64,000 bases of DNA. It comes from Octopus sinensis (lineage: Eukaryota). The stretch is from NCBI RefSeq assembly GCF_006345805.1, contig NC_043003.1, positions 67,828,001 to 67,892,000 of the forward strand. The letters are read 5' to 3'. Shown here one piece after another: positions 37,701 through 52,460 of the stretch (position 1 is its first letter; every line of letters starts with the position of its first letter). A program made the position numbers and the translations under genes. Below the pieces are notes generated by a model. The model had not been told where the DNA came from. It saw only the letters and a list, made by a program, of their open reading frames with translations, and made no database searches.

Positions 37701-38929
37701 TCTATCATTACAGGTTTTGTGGCAAAAATAGTTCATTGACACAGTTTGCAGAATAATGAAATTGAAGAGATGCTTCCTGTTGTAAACTTGAATTCAGAAC
37801 GCAGACAACGAAAACGAAATGCTATTAGTCATTTCTGCAAGCATTCCTCTGGTCCAGTAATGTCGCTGTCTTTTCTTTCTTATTTAGGCGCAAAGCCAAT
37901 ATTTGTGATGAAAATGTATATCGGTTTAGTCGTATGTTTATATCAACATTGGTCTGAAAGTTAATGAAGGGTGAAAGACTAACACAGGATAATTCAACAA
38001 CATTGATACAGCATCACACTTAAGATTCAGTACGTCTCACAAACTTCTTGTAAACACTTGAACTTATCTATTGATGTGTTCCAATAATAACTACTATATT
38101 TTCCTCTATACAACTCCCTCTCTGTTCTCACTCGCTGCTCGTGTAACTGACAGATTGTATATCGTTATTTTCAGTCATGGACAAGTTATTGATACTCTCA
38201 TTATATCGTCCTCTTGTGATTACTCACTTGCCGATAAAATAGCGATTAATTATAATGAATACCGCAGTGTTATGGTTGCCCTAACAAAAAATTGATAAAT
38301 TAGCTACTAACGAAAAACTACAAATTCTTCTTCTTCTTCCTCCGTATGTTCTCCATATAAATCATTATGTTTAGAACATATTGTTAGCTGTATGATCAAT
38401 CATCGTCATTAAATGAATTGTAGGCTTTGACTGTTTTCGATCGAAAATAAAACAATTTTTTATTGAAAATGTCACGTTTCAATACATTTATTTCTTATAC
38501 TTCTAAACATCTCAATAAACCTATCATTACCTTATTAGCATTGCTAATATCAACAGTATGTATAGATTATATTTGATCTCCTTGTAAACAATATCAGTGA
38601 CACAATTTCTATTTCGGATTTAAATAATTTCATTTCATTTGGGATAATAATTTTATTGGGATAGCTATAGGTTACACAATCGCTGATACATATTTTATTT
38701 CACTGAAATATGGAAAGACAAATGAAACTATCAAATCTCTTGGTAATTAACTGCCAATAAAATAAAGGTTGCATCATTTTTCTCTCAACTTCTATCCATA
38801 TGATTTCGTGTTTGTGTTTGTTTGTAAGATTCTTTATGCGAAGCAGTTGTTCTGTCATTGACGAGATGCAGTTTGTCTATAAGAAACGACAACACATTCC
38901 TATAATTGTAAACTTTGTGTTATTATTTG

Positions 38930-38980
38930 GAACCAGTAGACGTAGTAGTAATAGTAGCAGCAGCAGCAGCTGTAGTAGTT

Positions 38981-39017
<37 letters not shown>

Positions 39018-39200
39018 AAGTAGTGGTAGCAGAGTAGCAGGGAATGATGGAAGGTGGAGGTAGAAGATAGGAGTGAGGTGGAGGGGAAGGGGAAGCGGAA
39101 GCAGTAGTAGCAGCGAAAACAGTAGTAAGAACAAGAGCAGTAGTAGTCGTACTTTTGGCAGTAGTATAAGTCGTAGTAGTAGCAGCAGCAGTAGTAGCGG
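38930..39200. repeat. (AGT)n/(AGC)n low-complexity tract
   Basis: Direct reading. Confidence 0.9.
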
Positions 39201-39661
39201 CAGTCACCCGTTCATCGTTCAATTAATTCATTAATCAGCTGGCTTCTCAGACTCTTTTATTCACCATTCTTGGCCACATCAATGTCAGGCTCTCATTCTT
39301 TCAAGCCAGTCTCGATCTAATTGTCGACATAACACTAGTACATATATTTACAATCTTTAGGATTTGTGTGATTGCTTAAGCGTGCATGATAGGGATCTTT
39401 TCATTTGTGAAGCCAGTTTTTCCAAATTTCTCCTACTGAACCAAACAATTTGAAACTTCCTATACTGGTAGAATGTGTCAAAAGTAAACTTAATTGTAAA
39501 CCAGAATGAAAACGGAATTGTAACTTCTAAGTTTAACATTGTTTAATAATTAGAATTTTGACCAATGGTATTCCGTCATTCGGCTTCATATTATTTACTC
39601 CGTCTCGACCACCAATTTCGTGACGTATTAAACATGTGGTATCTGAAATGTAAACAAACTA

Positions 39662-39762
39662 TTTTCGAGTGAATACTCGGTGTATGTGTATCTTTATGTA
39701 TGTGTGTGTGTGTGTATGTATCTATGTATGTATGTGTGTGTGTGTATCTATGTGTGTGTGTG

Positions 39763-39799
<37 letters not shown>

Positions 39800-39995
39800 A
39801 AAACTATAACGATGTTAATTTTTTTCGAGTGAATACTCGGTGTATGTGTATTTGTATGTATGTGTGTGTGTGTATGTATCTATGTATGTATGTGTGTGTA
39901 TGTATGTGTGTGTGTGTATCTATGTGTGTGTGTGTGTGTATCTATGTATGTATGTGTGTGTATTTATGTGTGTGTGTGTGTATGTAAAACTATAA
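39662..39995. repeat. Tandem duplication of a ~160-170-bp microsatellite-containing unit
   Basis: TTTTCGAGTGAATACTCGGTGTATGTGTAT...GTATGTAAAACTATAAC occurs twice. Confidence 0.9.
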
Positions 39996-40860
39996 CTCTT
40001 TCGTCTTCAACACAAGAAAATAACTGGATAACACACGTGCTTATTAGCCTCAAATGTGCACAGTTGCTACGTCACAAAACTGCTTTCTACGTCACACTAA
40101 CAGAATGCAGTAACGTATTATATGTGAAAACAAGCAATCTCATTGGTTAAAATTCGCAGTTTTAATCTACGATTAAAGTCATAAAATAGATTTTTCTCAA
40201 ATAAACTAGTTCCAACTTGTGTCTTGTTTTGAGATACTCTACGAGTACACGAAGTTTCAAATTATTTAGTTAACTAGAAAGATCTGCGGTCCTGGCCACG
40301 ATATTGAAAAGATAGTGATTGTGAGAGGATTTTTGAAGAGCCACTCTCTATATACGCATGCGCATGCATGTGTATATGTACATCCGCGAGCCAGAAAATA
40401 CACTCATTTTAGTCTCTTCTGTTTGTAGACAGAAAGTATTTCGATTGTTTTGACTGCCTTATAAATTTAAACCTCATTTATCTCATATCTCAAGGGAATT
40501 CACACTCATGGACAGTCATCTACAATAGATTCTCAAACACAAATATGTTTGGGGAGGTGTAGGTGGAGGTTGTGTGTGTGTGCTTGCGTGTGTAAGGATG
40601 GTGTGAAAACAGTTCACAATAAAATAGACAATAGTCATTGCAAGGACCTCCATCGATCTCATACCCAGATAGTCACATAAATATACTGACATGTATTCAT
40701 ATGCACAAAGACGTACTCACACAAGAGAAGAAATGTGCCCCTTATTAGTGGTTGTGGGGTTTACTGCTTGCCTGTTGGTTCGTCTTCTGTTATACCTATA
40801 TCTTCCTATATCTATTTTAAGGCTGGGTATGTGAACGTGCCGATATGTTATCTATATATA

Positions 40861-41245
40861 AGGCGACGAGCTGGCAGAATCGTTAGCGCGCCGAGCGAAA
40901 TGCTTAGCGGTATTTCGTCTGCCGCTACGTTCTTAGTTCAAATTTCGCCGAGGTCGAATTTGCCTTTCATCCTTTCGAGGTCGATAAATTAAGTACCAGT
41001 TACGCACTGGGGTCGATGTAATTGACTTAATCCGTTTGTCTGTCCTTGTTTGTACCCTCTGTGTTTAGCCCCATGTGGGTAGTAAAGAAATAGGTATTTC
41101 GTCTGTCTTTATGCTTTGAGTTCGAATTCCGTCGAGATCGACTTTGCCTTTCATCCTTTCAGTGTCGATAAATTAAGTACCACCCGCGTACTGGAGTCGA
41201 TCTAATCGACTGGCACCCTTCTCAAAAATTTCGTAGAGTAGAAAA
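40861..41245 (+). mobile_element. tRNA-SINE family B, composite (dimeric) form
   Basis: AGGCGACGAGCTGGCAGAATCGTTAGC head; second monomer starts at GTATTTCGTCTG (~41095). Confidence 0.9.
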
Positions 41246-43321
41246 TAATATATTATCTATATGTGTATATTCTAGTATACCGGCATGTTTATCATTAGCA
41301 TCATAGTAGAATAGCACCATCAGTAGAATATCAGTTTTCTTTCCCTATATTACAGACGCTTGTCTTCCATTCTCTCAGCTAGATTTCGTTCGGTTTCTCC
41401 ATGTAGGACTTAGGAGATATATGTTATACTCCCTCCAAGTATAGTACCTGCTGTATTTCGTTCCTAGATTTACAGTCAACTTATGTGACGATGCAATTAC
41501 TGTTAATACAGTTGGTCCTGGCAAAACGTATATCATATGTAACTCTTATCTTATGCATTCGCTGAGATCTATACCATTGAACGGAACGACCACTGACAAA
41601 GATCTCTTCCTTTATAACGCTCAATAAATAAATAAACACTGAAGCGTCTAGTTGAAAAACAAATATTAAGCGCTCTGAACCATTTGAGCTAAATAGACTG
41701 CCGACAACAGAAGCCTGCTTTTATAATGCTAACATTAGCTTAGAGTTTATCAGTTCGCGATAACTGTTTCAAAAGCAAACGTAACGTTATCAGCGTTCCG
41801 AACCATGATGATAACAAAAAGACTGTAAAACATTTGCTACGTGAAGACAGAGTTACCTGCTGTCTAACATCAATAGCGGCTTCAGACGGTAGAATATGCT
41901 TGCGGAGATTTTTTTTTTGACACACACTGTATAGACGTACAAAGAAAGATGCACCACAATGAAGCCAATAGTTTTAGTCACGCCCTCCTCTTAAAATCCA
42001 TGTCACTCAAGAATGAGTATCAGGCAAACTCTACAGCTATGTAACATCAAACTTGTGGCCTCCAAATTCACTGGGGTGAAATCTCAGAGGCCACTATGTT
42101 TTGAGCGTTATTGAAATTGAGGCATAACAAGGTAGCGTTAATATAGGCCGCCATCTTCATTCTTACGGAGTGAAATAGTATCATCTAATTCAAGAAAGTC
42201 AACGATTTTGGTCACAGATTGAATTACTCATAGAAGCTGGAACGGATTCATAGAATAGTTGCATAGAAATGCTTATCCAGAACATTGAAATATATTGGCA
42301 GTCTGCAAGATTAGAATCCTTTTATAAAATTCCAAATATGACACCAAATATCTATCGCATCCTGTATATGATGGTGTGTACGTATATACATATATATATA
42401 TATATACACGTATGTGTGTATGCATGTGTGTTTGTCTGTCACTATGTGCACGTGTGTGTGAGTGTATGTATGCATGAATATATGTGTGTATGTATGTATA
42501 TGTATCTATCTACGCATCTGTCTATCCATCTCTCTCTCCTCTATCTCGCTCTCGCTTTCTGAATTTAAAGATAAACACGCGCGCGCGTGTGCACACGCTC
42601 GAGTATATGTAAATTTAGTGATACCAAGAGAGACAGAGAGAGAGGGAGAGAGAGAGAGCTCCGTCTGTACATGTGTCTACATTGGTGTATTACATGAAAA
42701 TGTGCGTGATATTTTTATGAGAATGGACACATATGGAATATGGTGCAACATTGATCCGTCCATTTATTTGGGATTTGTGCTTTTAGGAGAAGCCCAAGTG
42801 CTGAAACGACGTTTAAAACACAGATGGCTGTAGTTGATTCTGTTAACTACATGACTTCAACCGTTGCTCTGTAGACACCATTTCATTTGACCCATATTAA
42901 TGTCGAAATGAATACATGCACACACATATAGACACGCACGCAGATATGCACACATATTCGTGCTTTTCCTGAATATTACAATATATATTTCATTTATTGT
43001 TATGAGAAACAAAGATTTAATAGAATTTAGAATTACTTTTGTGATATTGCATTGTCATATAAATATCATTTTAGTTCTTTGCTCTATCTCCATGGATAAT
43101 ATTTATATGCAGGAACTCATTTCACACAATGCGTGTTTCAGTCATAAAATATAGTATATACATCATAATAAATATTAATATGTCGGTCATCAAATATTAT
43201 TCGTGACTTCATCATTCATCCATGGACAAACATATATATGCACGCATAAAAGTATATATGTATGCATATTCATATATGTGTGTGTCTCTGTGTGTGTGCC
43301 TGACCATCTATGTCTAATACG

Positions 43322-43352
<31 letters not shown>

Positions 43353-46300
43353 CGTAAATTCAGCTTAAATTCGCTCTGTTCGAAAGGTTGCGATTATTGA
43401 TTCGAATTTACCTCATCAAAAGTACAGTCAACGCTGAAATCTTTAAGAACAGAAACTAAAATCAACTTTTTAGCAAAATTTTGCAGTTACATACATTTTT
43501 CTTTGCAGCCATTATGTTGAAAGCTAAGCAAAAAAACCGGGTAAATGTGTGTGTGTGTATGTGTACGTGTTTTTGTGTACGTGTGAGAGAGTGTGTGTGT
43601 GTGCATATAAAGAGAGTGTGTTGTGCATTAGAATATAGTGCGAAATACTGGTTAAAAGCAGAAATTATTAGGAATTCTAAAATAATACGCAATTTTATTA
43701 AAAGTCCGTGACTACATCCAGGAACCATGGAAATTACTTTGCCAACATCAAATGAAGTATTTTTGATAATATCACATGTAGTATTAAGACAGTGACTGCA
43801 AACTCTGGTCCCGTGGGAAACTGCTCATATCCCAGCCGGACGCAGCGTTCATCAATAGTAAAAATGAATTTCCTGCCGCTTTCCCTGTCGAAGTAGTAAG
43901 CCCCTTTAAATGAACATCAACCACCTGATAACCCTGGTGCATCGCCTTTGGCATAACTGATCCTCTCAGGGCATGTATTATCTGCTACCAGTATAGACTC
44001 CATTCTATGCTACAATTATTGCCATTAATTGTAACCCCTAATCATTAATTGGTTTCTCGTGTGTAAAGAGAATGTATGTGCAATCAATAAGATATGAGTC
44101 TTGCTTTCTGTCATTTTCATATTAGTCCTGTTTCAATAATCCAAGATGAGCTTTTCCTTTCGATATAAGTAAAATGCTATATGTTTACTTTAAACTCCTT
44201 TTCTTAGGCTCAGCTGGGGAACTGGTTACTTTTGTTATGAGAACTCTAGCTGAGAAGATTACATCCTTCAGCGCAGTGCAGTGCCATTGGTGTAGTTTGT
44301 GCCAGCGAACGAGTTTTCAGAAGGCCTTCTCACACCTATAATTTTTCTCATGTAACTGCCATTGAATACCATTCATTCATATTTATCAATACTATTATGG
44401 TTTACTTTATTATTTTTACTCATGATCGCATCAATATTAACTATATTAACTATAGTGACTATTGTTTTTATGTTTGATGTTAAATTTAGTGTCGAAGTTA
44501 TATATTTATTATTCTTGGTATTTGTTGCAATGCTTCCCAGAGGAATTCTATAAATTATCATCGACTGGTGTACTATTTTTTTTTGTCTATCTTTTACTTT
44601 TCTGCTTTTTTCCATCATGTCTGTTGTAGTTTGTTGTTATTTGATCGGGATTTTTTCGGCGCTGATTCATTGTACAAGTAGTCATTTTTGATGTATTGTC
44701 TCGCAAGTTTTGCAGAGGTTAATGTGTATTGTGTGTAATAGATTCTCTTGAGAAGAATTATTTTCGTTGTCGTGAGCTTGCCGTCATGTGATATATATTT
44801 TGCTTTCTTACAATGGAACCATAGTCTGTGTTTGTGCATTTCTAGTTTGCAATGTTTTTTATTGATTACCACGAATTCTGTAAAGTGGGAATTTACGTAA
44901 ACCCTGTATAAAATAAACCTCCGCAAAACTTGTCTATCATTGTTAATGCGTGTATTACTGCTTTAAGATTTATATCAGAGTTTTAAGTACTTTTACTAGT
45001 GTTTGGTGATTGGCTTTATAAAGATATAGAGTAACTATTTTACGCCAACATTATGGAATATGCGTTTTATTTCAACTCTGTACATATTTCGTCGATGTAT
45101 AACTGTCGGCATTGCAGGTTATAGAGCTGAAGGTACATGATATACGCAACGGCAATGGTATACATATAAACACAGAGAGGGATTCAGGCACGCATGCATG
45201 TGTATATGCATGCACGAATGTACGTACGTTCGTATGTATGGATGGATGGATGGATGGATGGATGGATGGATGGATGTTTGTATGTACAAATTGATCTTGT
45301 AGCGTCATCGACAATAAGTAGTTTTCGTACCTGATATACTTCACTTGTTCTGAACCAGTCAGATAACTGATAAGTCCGATGTAGGGCAGAAATGACTTCC
45401 ACATATGTTTGGATCTGCATTCACATACTGCTGAATTCATCTTTACGGACAAGACAAAAATATATGAACCGTCTTGAAGTGGACTTTGTCGTGTGCTGGT
45501 CGACATAAATTACGGCAGTTATTTGAGATATTTTTCTCTTTTTATTTCTTTATTTTGAGTTTTTTGGTAGTAGACCTAACCAGCCATTTAACAGTATAAC
45601 CTGGTTCTTGTGTACCTCAATCGGAGCATTCTCTATTGTATATGCTCAAACAACGCCACAGTTTTGGGAATATATCCCTCGTTTACTTGAAACGCCTTGG
45701 ATAATGTCCAAAGGGTCTCTCAGATTAAGCGGTAAAATAATCTCTATATGTTTCTGTCTGTACTTTATACCTAACTGGGTGAAAAACTGAAGTATTGTGG
45801 CCTTGAAGAGTTAAATCCAGTGTCCCATCACATATTAGCAGCTACGTACATATCTACATAACATCAGTTTAGGTTTCTGTAATTGAAATTTTGGGCTTCA
45901 TGAATTGCGATATAATTTTATGGTCCATGCACAGATCTAATTAAGTGATCAAAACTAGTTTCATGGAAGCAATAAAATTAACAGCATATGTAATTAACAG
46001 CAAAGAAAGGGATTTCCTATCATGGCAGTTTTTCTCTGCTTAATGCAGCTTCAGTTCCTTCTCCAATAAAACCAGTGTATGAAAGAAATACCTTCTGTAT
46101 GAAATCTAATGACAAATCAGAACATATACGGGTATCTTTATCAAACACATAATGCAATATCGGAATGACCGCAGCAGTTTGAATGCGTGTTAGAGAAATG
46201 AAATAGATGAAATGGCATTGAATGCATTACATGTAAAGCTATCTCTCGGCTAGTCAATGATACGCTTGGAAGAACGATATCTATCGTTACAACCGAATGG

Positions 46301-47130
46301 ACTAAAGCAAGAAAATACCTTGGAATTGACTTGTGCAAATTAACACACGGCTTTAGCATTCATATATATATATATAAAAGATTTTTTTCAATATGTAAAA
46401 CTATGGAAAATGTTCCGTGGCTAACTGGAAAACAAAATAAAATGTTTGGGATTTCATTTCAAATTCCTCTACTATAGCGAAAAGTTGACAAATAACATAA
46501 GTTTTGAGATAATTACGTGTTTTGTAAAGGAATACATTGGTAGAGATAATGATAAAAGAAAGGATATCATTCAAAGGTATCTTCTTTACATATTTATCGA
46601 TCAATACATTATTACAATAATACGATGCAAATTGAATTAGTGATATATATAGAGGAAAAAATGAAATGATTCGTAAAAAATATTTGTGAATAGTGCAAAG
46701 CTTCATTAAGTAAGTACGTTTTATGCTAGAACTATTTCTTGCCTTCAGAGTAAGTAACAAGGTTTAAGATAATAGAAATAAGTATTGGGTACGAAGCCAT
46801 TATTATTACAAATATAATAGCTTGACTATATATTATTCGATAAGGAAGACATAATACCTGAATGTACAGTCAGTGCTCATACCGTCTGGAAACAGAAAAT
46901 ATTTTAATTATCATTTTTCTATATAACGTTTGAGTAATCGGTTTAGACACATGAATATCTCTCAAGGCAATAGTCCTTTGTCATACAACATAGTATGTTA
47001 ACATATTAACATTAAGAACTAAATAATGTGGTGGGGTTCTATAGTTATGTATACAGGTAAATATAAACATATATAGATACACATATAGATAAAAAAACAA
47101 CACATATATATGAATACATACATATATACA

Positions 47131-47131
<1 letters not shown>

Positions 47132-47166
<35 letters not shown>

Positions 47167-50015
47167 CTAGTTTCAGCTTATGAGCTGTGGCCATGCTGGG
47201 GCACCGCCATTTGGTGTTGCTACTTGGTTTCACTTCATGGAGGCTTTCTAGCAACTGATTTGGTGCATGAGAGAGTTCGATGCAGCTGCCCTCATCTGCC
47301 CCTCCTGCCGTGAAGTTGGTCATCTGGGACACCTGACAGGAAGAGATCCAGCTTCATTTTAAAGACATCTGTATCCACCCCATGCAGGTCTCTCAGGTTC
47401 TTCGGGAGGATATTGAAGAGCTGTGGGCTCGGGAAGCCCAGGCTATCACAGAATCTTGTCCTACATCTTGATGGCAGGTTTGGAGTCCTAGGCACCACGC
47501 AGTGGCGCCCAGTTCTGGCATTTGCGTAACTCTCGATGCCAAGTTCAGGACACTTCCCTCCAGGATCTTCCAGATGTATATTATGGCATATCTTTCCCGC
47601 CTACGCTCCAGGGAATATAATTTTAATCTCTTGAGTCTTTCCCAGTAGCTTACATTCTGCATAGAGGCTATCTTCTTTGTGTAGCTTCGTTGGATCGCCT
47701 CAAGTTCTGTGATCAACTTGACACTGGATGGTGACCATAGCTGAGAGCAATAGTCAAAGTGGCTTAGGACAGTGTCTTCCAGAGGACCATCATGGTTTCT
47801 TGTTCTCTTGTTCTAAAGGTTCTAAGAATCCATCCGCCAGCCGTCTACATTTCATTGTCAGTTTAGCAACATGTACATGAAAGGTCGCGTCATCACTCAT
47901 GTGAATACCAGGTCACGCACTGATTGTGCCTCTGGGATTGCAATCCCTCCGGGTCCAGTGTATTCATTGGGTATTGCATTCAGTTTTGCATGCTGATAGT
48001 ATTAAGCTTGAAACTTCCAGCATTGAACTGCATGCTATTCTTTTCAGCCCACTTGTATATTTCGTGCAGCTCACATTGCAGGTGTTTAGTGTCTCAGGGT
48101 TCTGTATTGCCTGTGAAACTTTTGTATCATCTGCATAACTTGTGATCGTGGCTCTCTGCGTGGCTGAGGGCCATGTCTGAGAGGGCCATTATGAACAGTA
48201 GTGGTCCCAGAACAGTGCCCTGCGGAACACCGCTCACTATTTGTGTGTTAATGGAGGTGGCCCCATTGGCTACTACCACCTGACTTCTATCCTTCAGAAA
48301 GTCATGAAGCCATTCTCCCAGTTTCCAACTATGTTGAGATCACGCAGTTTGTGACATATCATTCCATGATCGACTTTATCAAAGGCCTTTGCAAAGTCGA
48401 GATATATCACTTCCACATTTGAGTGGTTGAGCAGCCGTTTCAGCACCCAGTCATAGTGTTGTAGGAGCTGAGTTAAACAGCTTCTCCCTGGTCGGAAACC
48501 ATGTTGGGTGTCGGGCAGCAAGTCATTTCTCTTCAAGGAAGGTGATCAGCTTCCTTGACTATTCGTTCCATGACCTTGCTGATGTGTGAGGTCAGAGAGA
48601 TAGGTCTATAGTTCTTGGCTTCCGCTCTGCTACCTCCTTTATGAATGGGGCATATTTTACCTTCCTTCAGTTTTCCTGGAAGTTTGCCAGCTGCAAGGAG
48701 CTCTGAAAGAGAAACTGCAGTGGTCTTGCTAGGACTCTCTTACATGCTTTTAGGAGGATTGCGGGAATCCATCGGGGCCAGTAGCTGAGTCTGTTTTCAT
48801 TTCATCTATAGCCTTGGTTACATCGTCTTCCTTTATATCGATGTAATCTATCGTCGCCGCCTCTGATTTTATATCTGCAGTGGTGTAAAAAGTCAGTTGG
48901 ATTGGTGATTTGGAGATGCCCAAGGGGTGGAGTGAAAACACTCTTGAATTGCTCATTCAGTATTTCACTTACCCTCATTGGTTTTCCTGTAAGTGTGCCA
49001 TCCTTTTCGAGGAGTGGCCCTATTCTACAGTGCGCTGTAGCTGTTTCTTTGGCATACCTGTAGAAAGCTCTGGGGTTAGATTTTATGTTTTCTATAGCCC
49101 AGGCTTCTTTGTCTGCTCTTTCTTTTTCATGGGAGAGTTGCAGACATTTTCGATTTCCAACAGTTTTTATTTTTAGGCGGGACTTTTCACTGCTTTCAAT
49201 CTGTTTGTTTAGGCGATTGATTTGAAAATTTAGGCAGTTTTGTTTGAGGATCTCTTTCTCAATTTGTTTCCAGTTGCCTTATGGTAGTTCAAGCTGGAAA
49301 GATTTTGAGGGTTTCTGTAGGCTGCATGTCCGTGCTCTCTTTTGGCCCGTACATGGTCAGCTCTATCATGTTGTGATCCGAGAGTAGTGTCGGTGTCACT
49401 TTCACATTATGGATGAGATCCATGTCATTTGTGAAGCAGAGATCCAGTGGTTTCCTGCCTGGTGGTTGGAGTATTACCTGCTCCATGTACAGGGTGTTGA
49501 TGAGGTTCAGGAGGGACCTCGCCTGTCCTCGTTCACATCTTGTCATTCCTGGGGAGAAAGGCCCTCGGGCCATCTGACATTGGGCAGATTGAAGTCTCCC
49601 ATAAGAAGCACACCTATGTGTTGTTCTAATGTGGTTAGAATTTTTCTTATTTTATAAGGCAGTCTTCAACTTGCCCCCATGGCTTGGGGCATCTGGAGGG
49701 CGATATGTAGCACACACAACTACATCAAGTTGCCTAATATGTACAATTAGTGTCACACACCGAGTTTGAGTATGACAAGAGGACCTGGGGTGTGAGGTCC
49801 TCACGGATGTACATAGCAACACCTCCATGACTCCTTTCTTTCCTGTCGGTCCGTAGTACAGCATACTGTGGTATGTGTAACTCCGCATCTGCTATGTCCG
49901 GTTTCAGGTGCGTTTCTGTAAGTGCTATGCATAAGGCTTGATTGCATGCAACAAAGTCTCTCAGGAACGGGATCTTTGTCCTGTTACTGAGTGTTTGCAG
50001 TCCTCTGATGTATAT
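47132..50015 (-). pseudogene. CR1-type LINE, near-complete ORF2 (APE endonuclease + RT), frameshifted, with (AATC)n tail
   Basis: IRGL, IALTETHL, GGVAMY, ATYRPP, MGDFNLP, NYRPISLTS, QHGFRPGRSCLTQLL, YLDFAKAFDKVDH, GVPQGTVLGPLLF, YADD (48126-48137), YWERLKRLKLYSLERRRER; tail (TTGA)n at 47132-47166. Confidence 0.95.
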
Positions 50016-50092
50016 ATTTATTTATTTATTTATTTATACATATATATGTGCATGTGTATATACATACATATATATATATATGTATATAGATA

Positions 50093-50258
50093 TGGGCGCA
50101 GGAGTGGCTATGTGGGTAAGAAGCTTGCTTCCCAACCACATATTTCCGAGTTCAGTCCCACTGCGTGGCACCCTGGGCAAGCGTCTTCTACTATAGACTC
50201 GGGCCGACCAAAGCCTTGTTAGTTGATTTCGTAGACGGAAACTGAAAGAATTACGTTG

Positions 50259-50291
<33 letters not shown>

Positions 50292-50512
50292 GTGTGTGTG
50301 TGTGTGTATGTGTTTGTCCCACCGCCGGCACTTGACAACCGATGCTGGTGTATTCATGTCCCCCGTAACTTAGCGGTTCGGCAAAAGGGAACGACATAAT
50401 AAGTACTAGGCTAACAAAGCATAAGTTCTGGAGTCGATTTTTTCGACTAAATCCCTTGAAGGCGGTGATCCAGCATGGTCACAGTCAAATGACTGAAACA
50501 CGTAAAAGAATA
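50093..50512 (+). mobile_element. tRNA-SINE family A, full length, with internal (TA)n(GT)n
   Basis: Head GGGCGCAGGAGTGGCTATGTGG, B-box-like GAGTTCAGTCCC, 3' tail GGCGGTG..CCAGCATGG..ACAGTCAAATGACTGAAAC. Confidence 0.9.
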
Positions 50513-51171
50513 TGTATGTGAGTGTGTGCATGCATATATACATATAATTACATATAAAGACATTATACATTCGTATACATGTATAAATACATATTAATAT
50601 ATATCATATACATGTATAGATACATATTAATATGTATCGTATAAATTTTTAAAGTGTTAATGACAATATCTAAAATTATATAGAATATTTATGAAAACTT
50701 CATTTAAACTTCAAGTACGTAGGAAGAGTTAAATCAAATGGATTAAGATTCCGCATGATTCATTCGCAATACAGAATATCATGAAAATTCGTAAATTGTG
50801 TATTTTCATGTAATAAACTTAAACGAAGCGAAAGCATTGAGACAGATATGGTTAACTGAAGCGCATTTTCAACATATATTCTACTGAGTTGTCTATTTTA
50901 TAAGGCATATACGTGTATATCAAACGTGGTAAACATATGCAGAGTCTTGGAGACATTCATGAAGAAATTGCCTGGTTTATACTTTCCACTGTTTTAGTGA
51001 TTAGTAAGCTGAAACCTGCTCTGGGACATGTCTGTACAGATATTAAATATAGGGCAATTGGAGAAGCCTGTTGCCATTATTTAAAATTTTTCTTCTAAAG
51101 ATAGTTTTAACCATGTAAATTCAATCAGGTACGGTTACCAATTTAATTCCTCCCAATGAATGATGGCCTTA

Positions 51172-51415
51172 TGCTCTTTTACTCTTTTACTTGTTTCAGT
51201 CATGTGACTGCCGACATATTGGAGCACCGCCTTTAGTCGAGCAAATCGACCCCAGGACTTATTCTTTGTAAGCCTAGTACTTATTCTATCGTTCTCTTTC
51301 GCCGAACCGCTAGGTTTCGGAGACGTAAACACGCCAGCATCGGTTGTCAAGCGAGGTTGGGGACAAACACAAACACACAAATATATACACATACATACAA
51401 GCATACACACACAAC

Positions 51416-51420
<5 letters not shown>
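51172..51420 (-). mobile_element. tRNA-SINE family A, 3' half
   Basis: Reverse complement of the 50300-50512 segment. Confidence 0.9.
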
Positions 51421-51451
<31 letters not shown>

Positions 51452-51784
51452 ACATATATATATATATGTATGTATATATGTATATACATATACATATACA
51501 ATATATTATATATATATATATATGCATATATATATACATACATATATATATATATTGCATATATATATACTATTTATATATGCATAATATACATATGTAT
51601 ATGCAATATGTATATGCATATATATATACATATATATATATTATATGCATATATATATATATAATATGCATATATATATACATATTATATACATGCATAT
51701 ATATATATATACATATATATATATATGCAATATACATATATATATATGCATTATATATATATATATACATATTATATATATATC

Positions 51785-51820
<36 letters not shown>

Positions 51821-51991
51821 GCATATATATATATATAGCATATATATATATATACATATATATTATTGCATATATATATATACAAATATATATATATATA
51901 TATATAAATATTTTATATATTATAGATATATATATATATATTATAGATATATGCATATATATATATATATATATGTATATAGTATATATAT
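51420..51991. repeat. Degenerate (TA)n with interspersed TGCA
   Basis: Direct reading. Confidence 0.95.
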
Positions 51992-52405
51992 AAACTTAGA
52001 TTAAACTTAGATATGTTTCGACCAAAGATTGGTCCAGGCCATGTCTAACTTAATAGCACCACCTGATAGGATTATTCGAATCCTGTTTAAGTCAAGTTTT
52101 GTTTATGGTCCATTCAAGTAGTGAGTTCTTGTTGGGTGAGTTGTATCCAATTATGGGTGGCTTATCAGGTATTCTTTGAAGGAATCTATCCACACTCCGT
52201 TTAAAGTTGATGGGATCCTTTTCCTCTTTGATCTACCTCGGGACAATGTTCAATAGAGCAGGGCCTGTTAAGGAAAAGAAATTATGTTGCAGTGTACATG
52301 TATGCTGCGATCTTGAATGGCCCGTAGTCCCAGTCTTGGATGAACCTTGAAGCTAATGTTAAGGTCGTTTGGGCAAAGTGGGCGGTATATTCTCCACATC
52401 GTATG
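51992..52405 (-). pseudogene. CR1-type LINE 3' fragment, second family
   Basis: PRLG...GPAL.NIVP...KEEKDPINFKRSVDRFLQRIPDKPP...NSLLEW; tail GTGCTATTAAGTTAGACATGGCCTGG...CTAAGTTTAATCTAAGTTT. Confidence 0.8.
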
Positions 52406-52406
52406 C

Positions 52407-52450
<44 letters not shown>

Positions 52451-52460
52451 TATATATATA

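Noticed and set aside
38224-38282. Minus-strand exon candidate (GNHNTAVFIIINRYFIG) with AG/GTGAGT
   Set aside because: Splice-like pairs of this quality are common by chance in 64 kb; no recognisable homology.
43740-44000. Possible pogo/Tigger relic (MHQG...FKGAYY) on the minus strand
   Set aside because: Needs several frameshifts to fit QPMDQG..FK..Y; ambiguous.
45072-45506. 144-aa minus-strand ORF
   Set aside because: Its second half is (GGAT)n-derived; the first half has no recognisable domain and only a weak acceptor.
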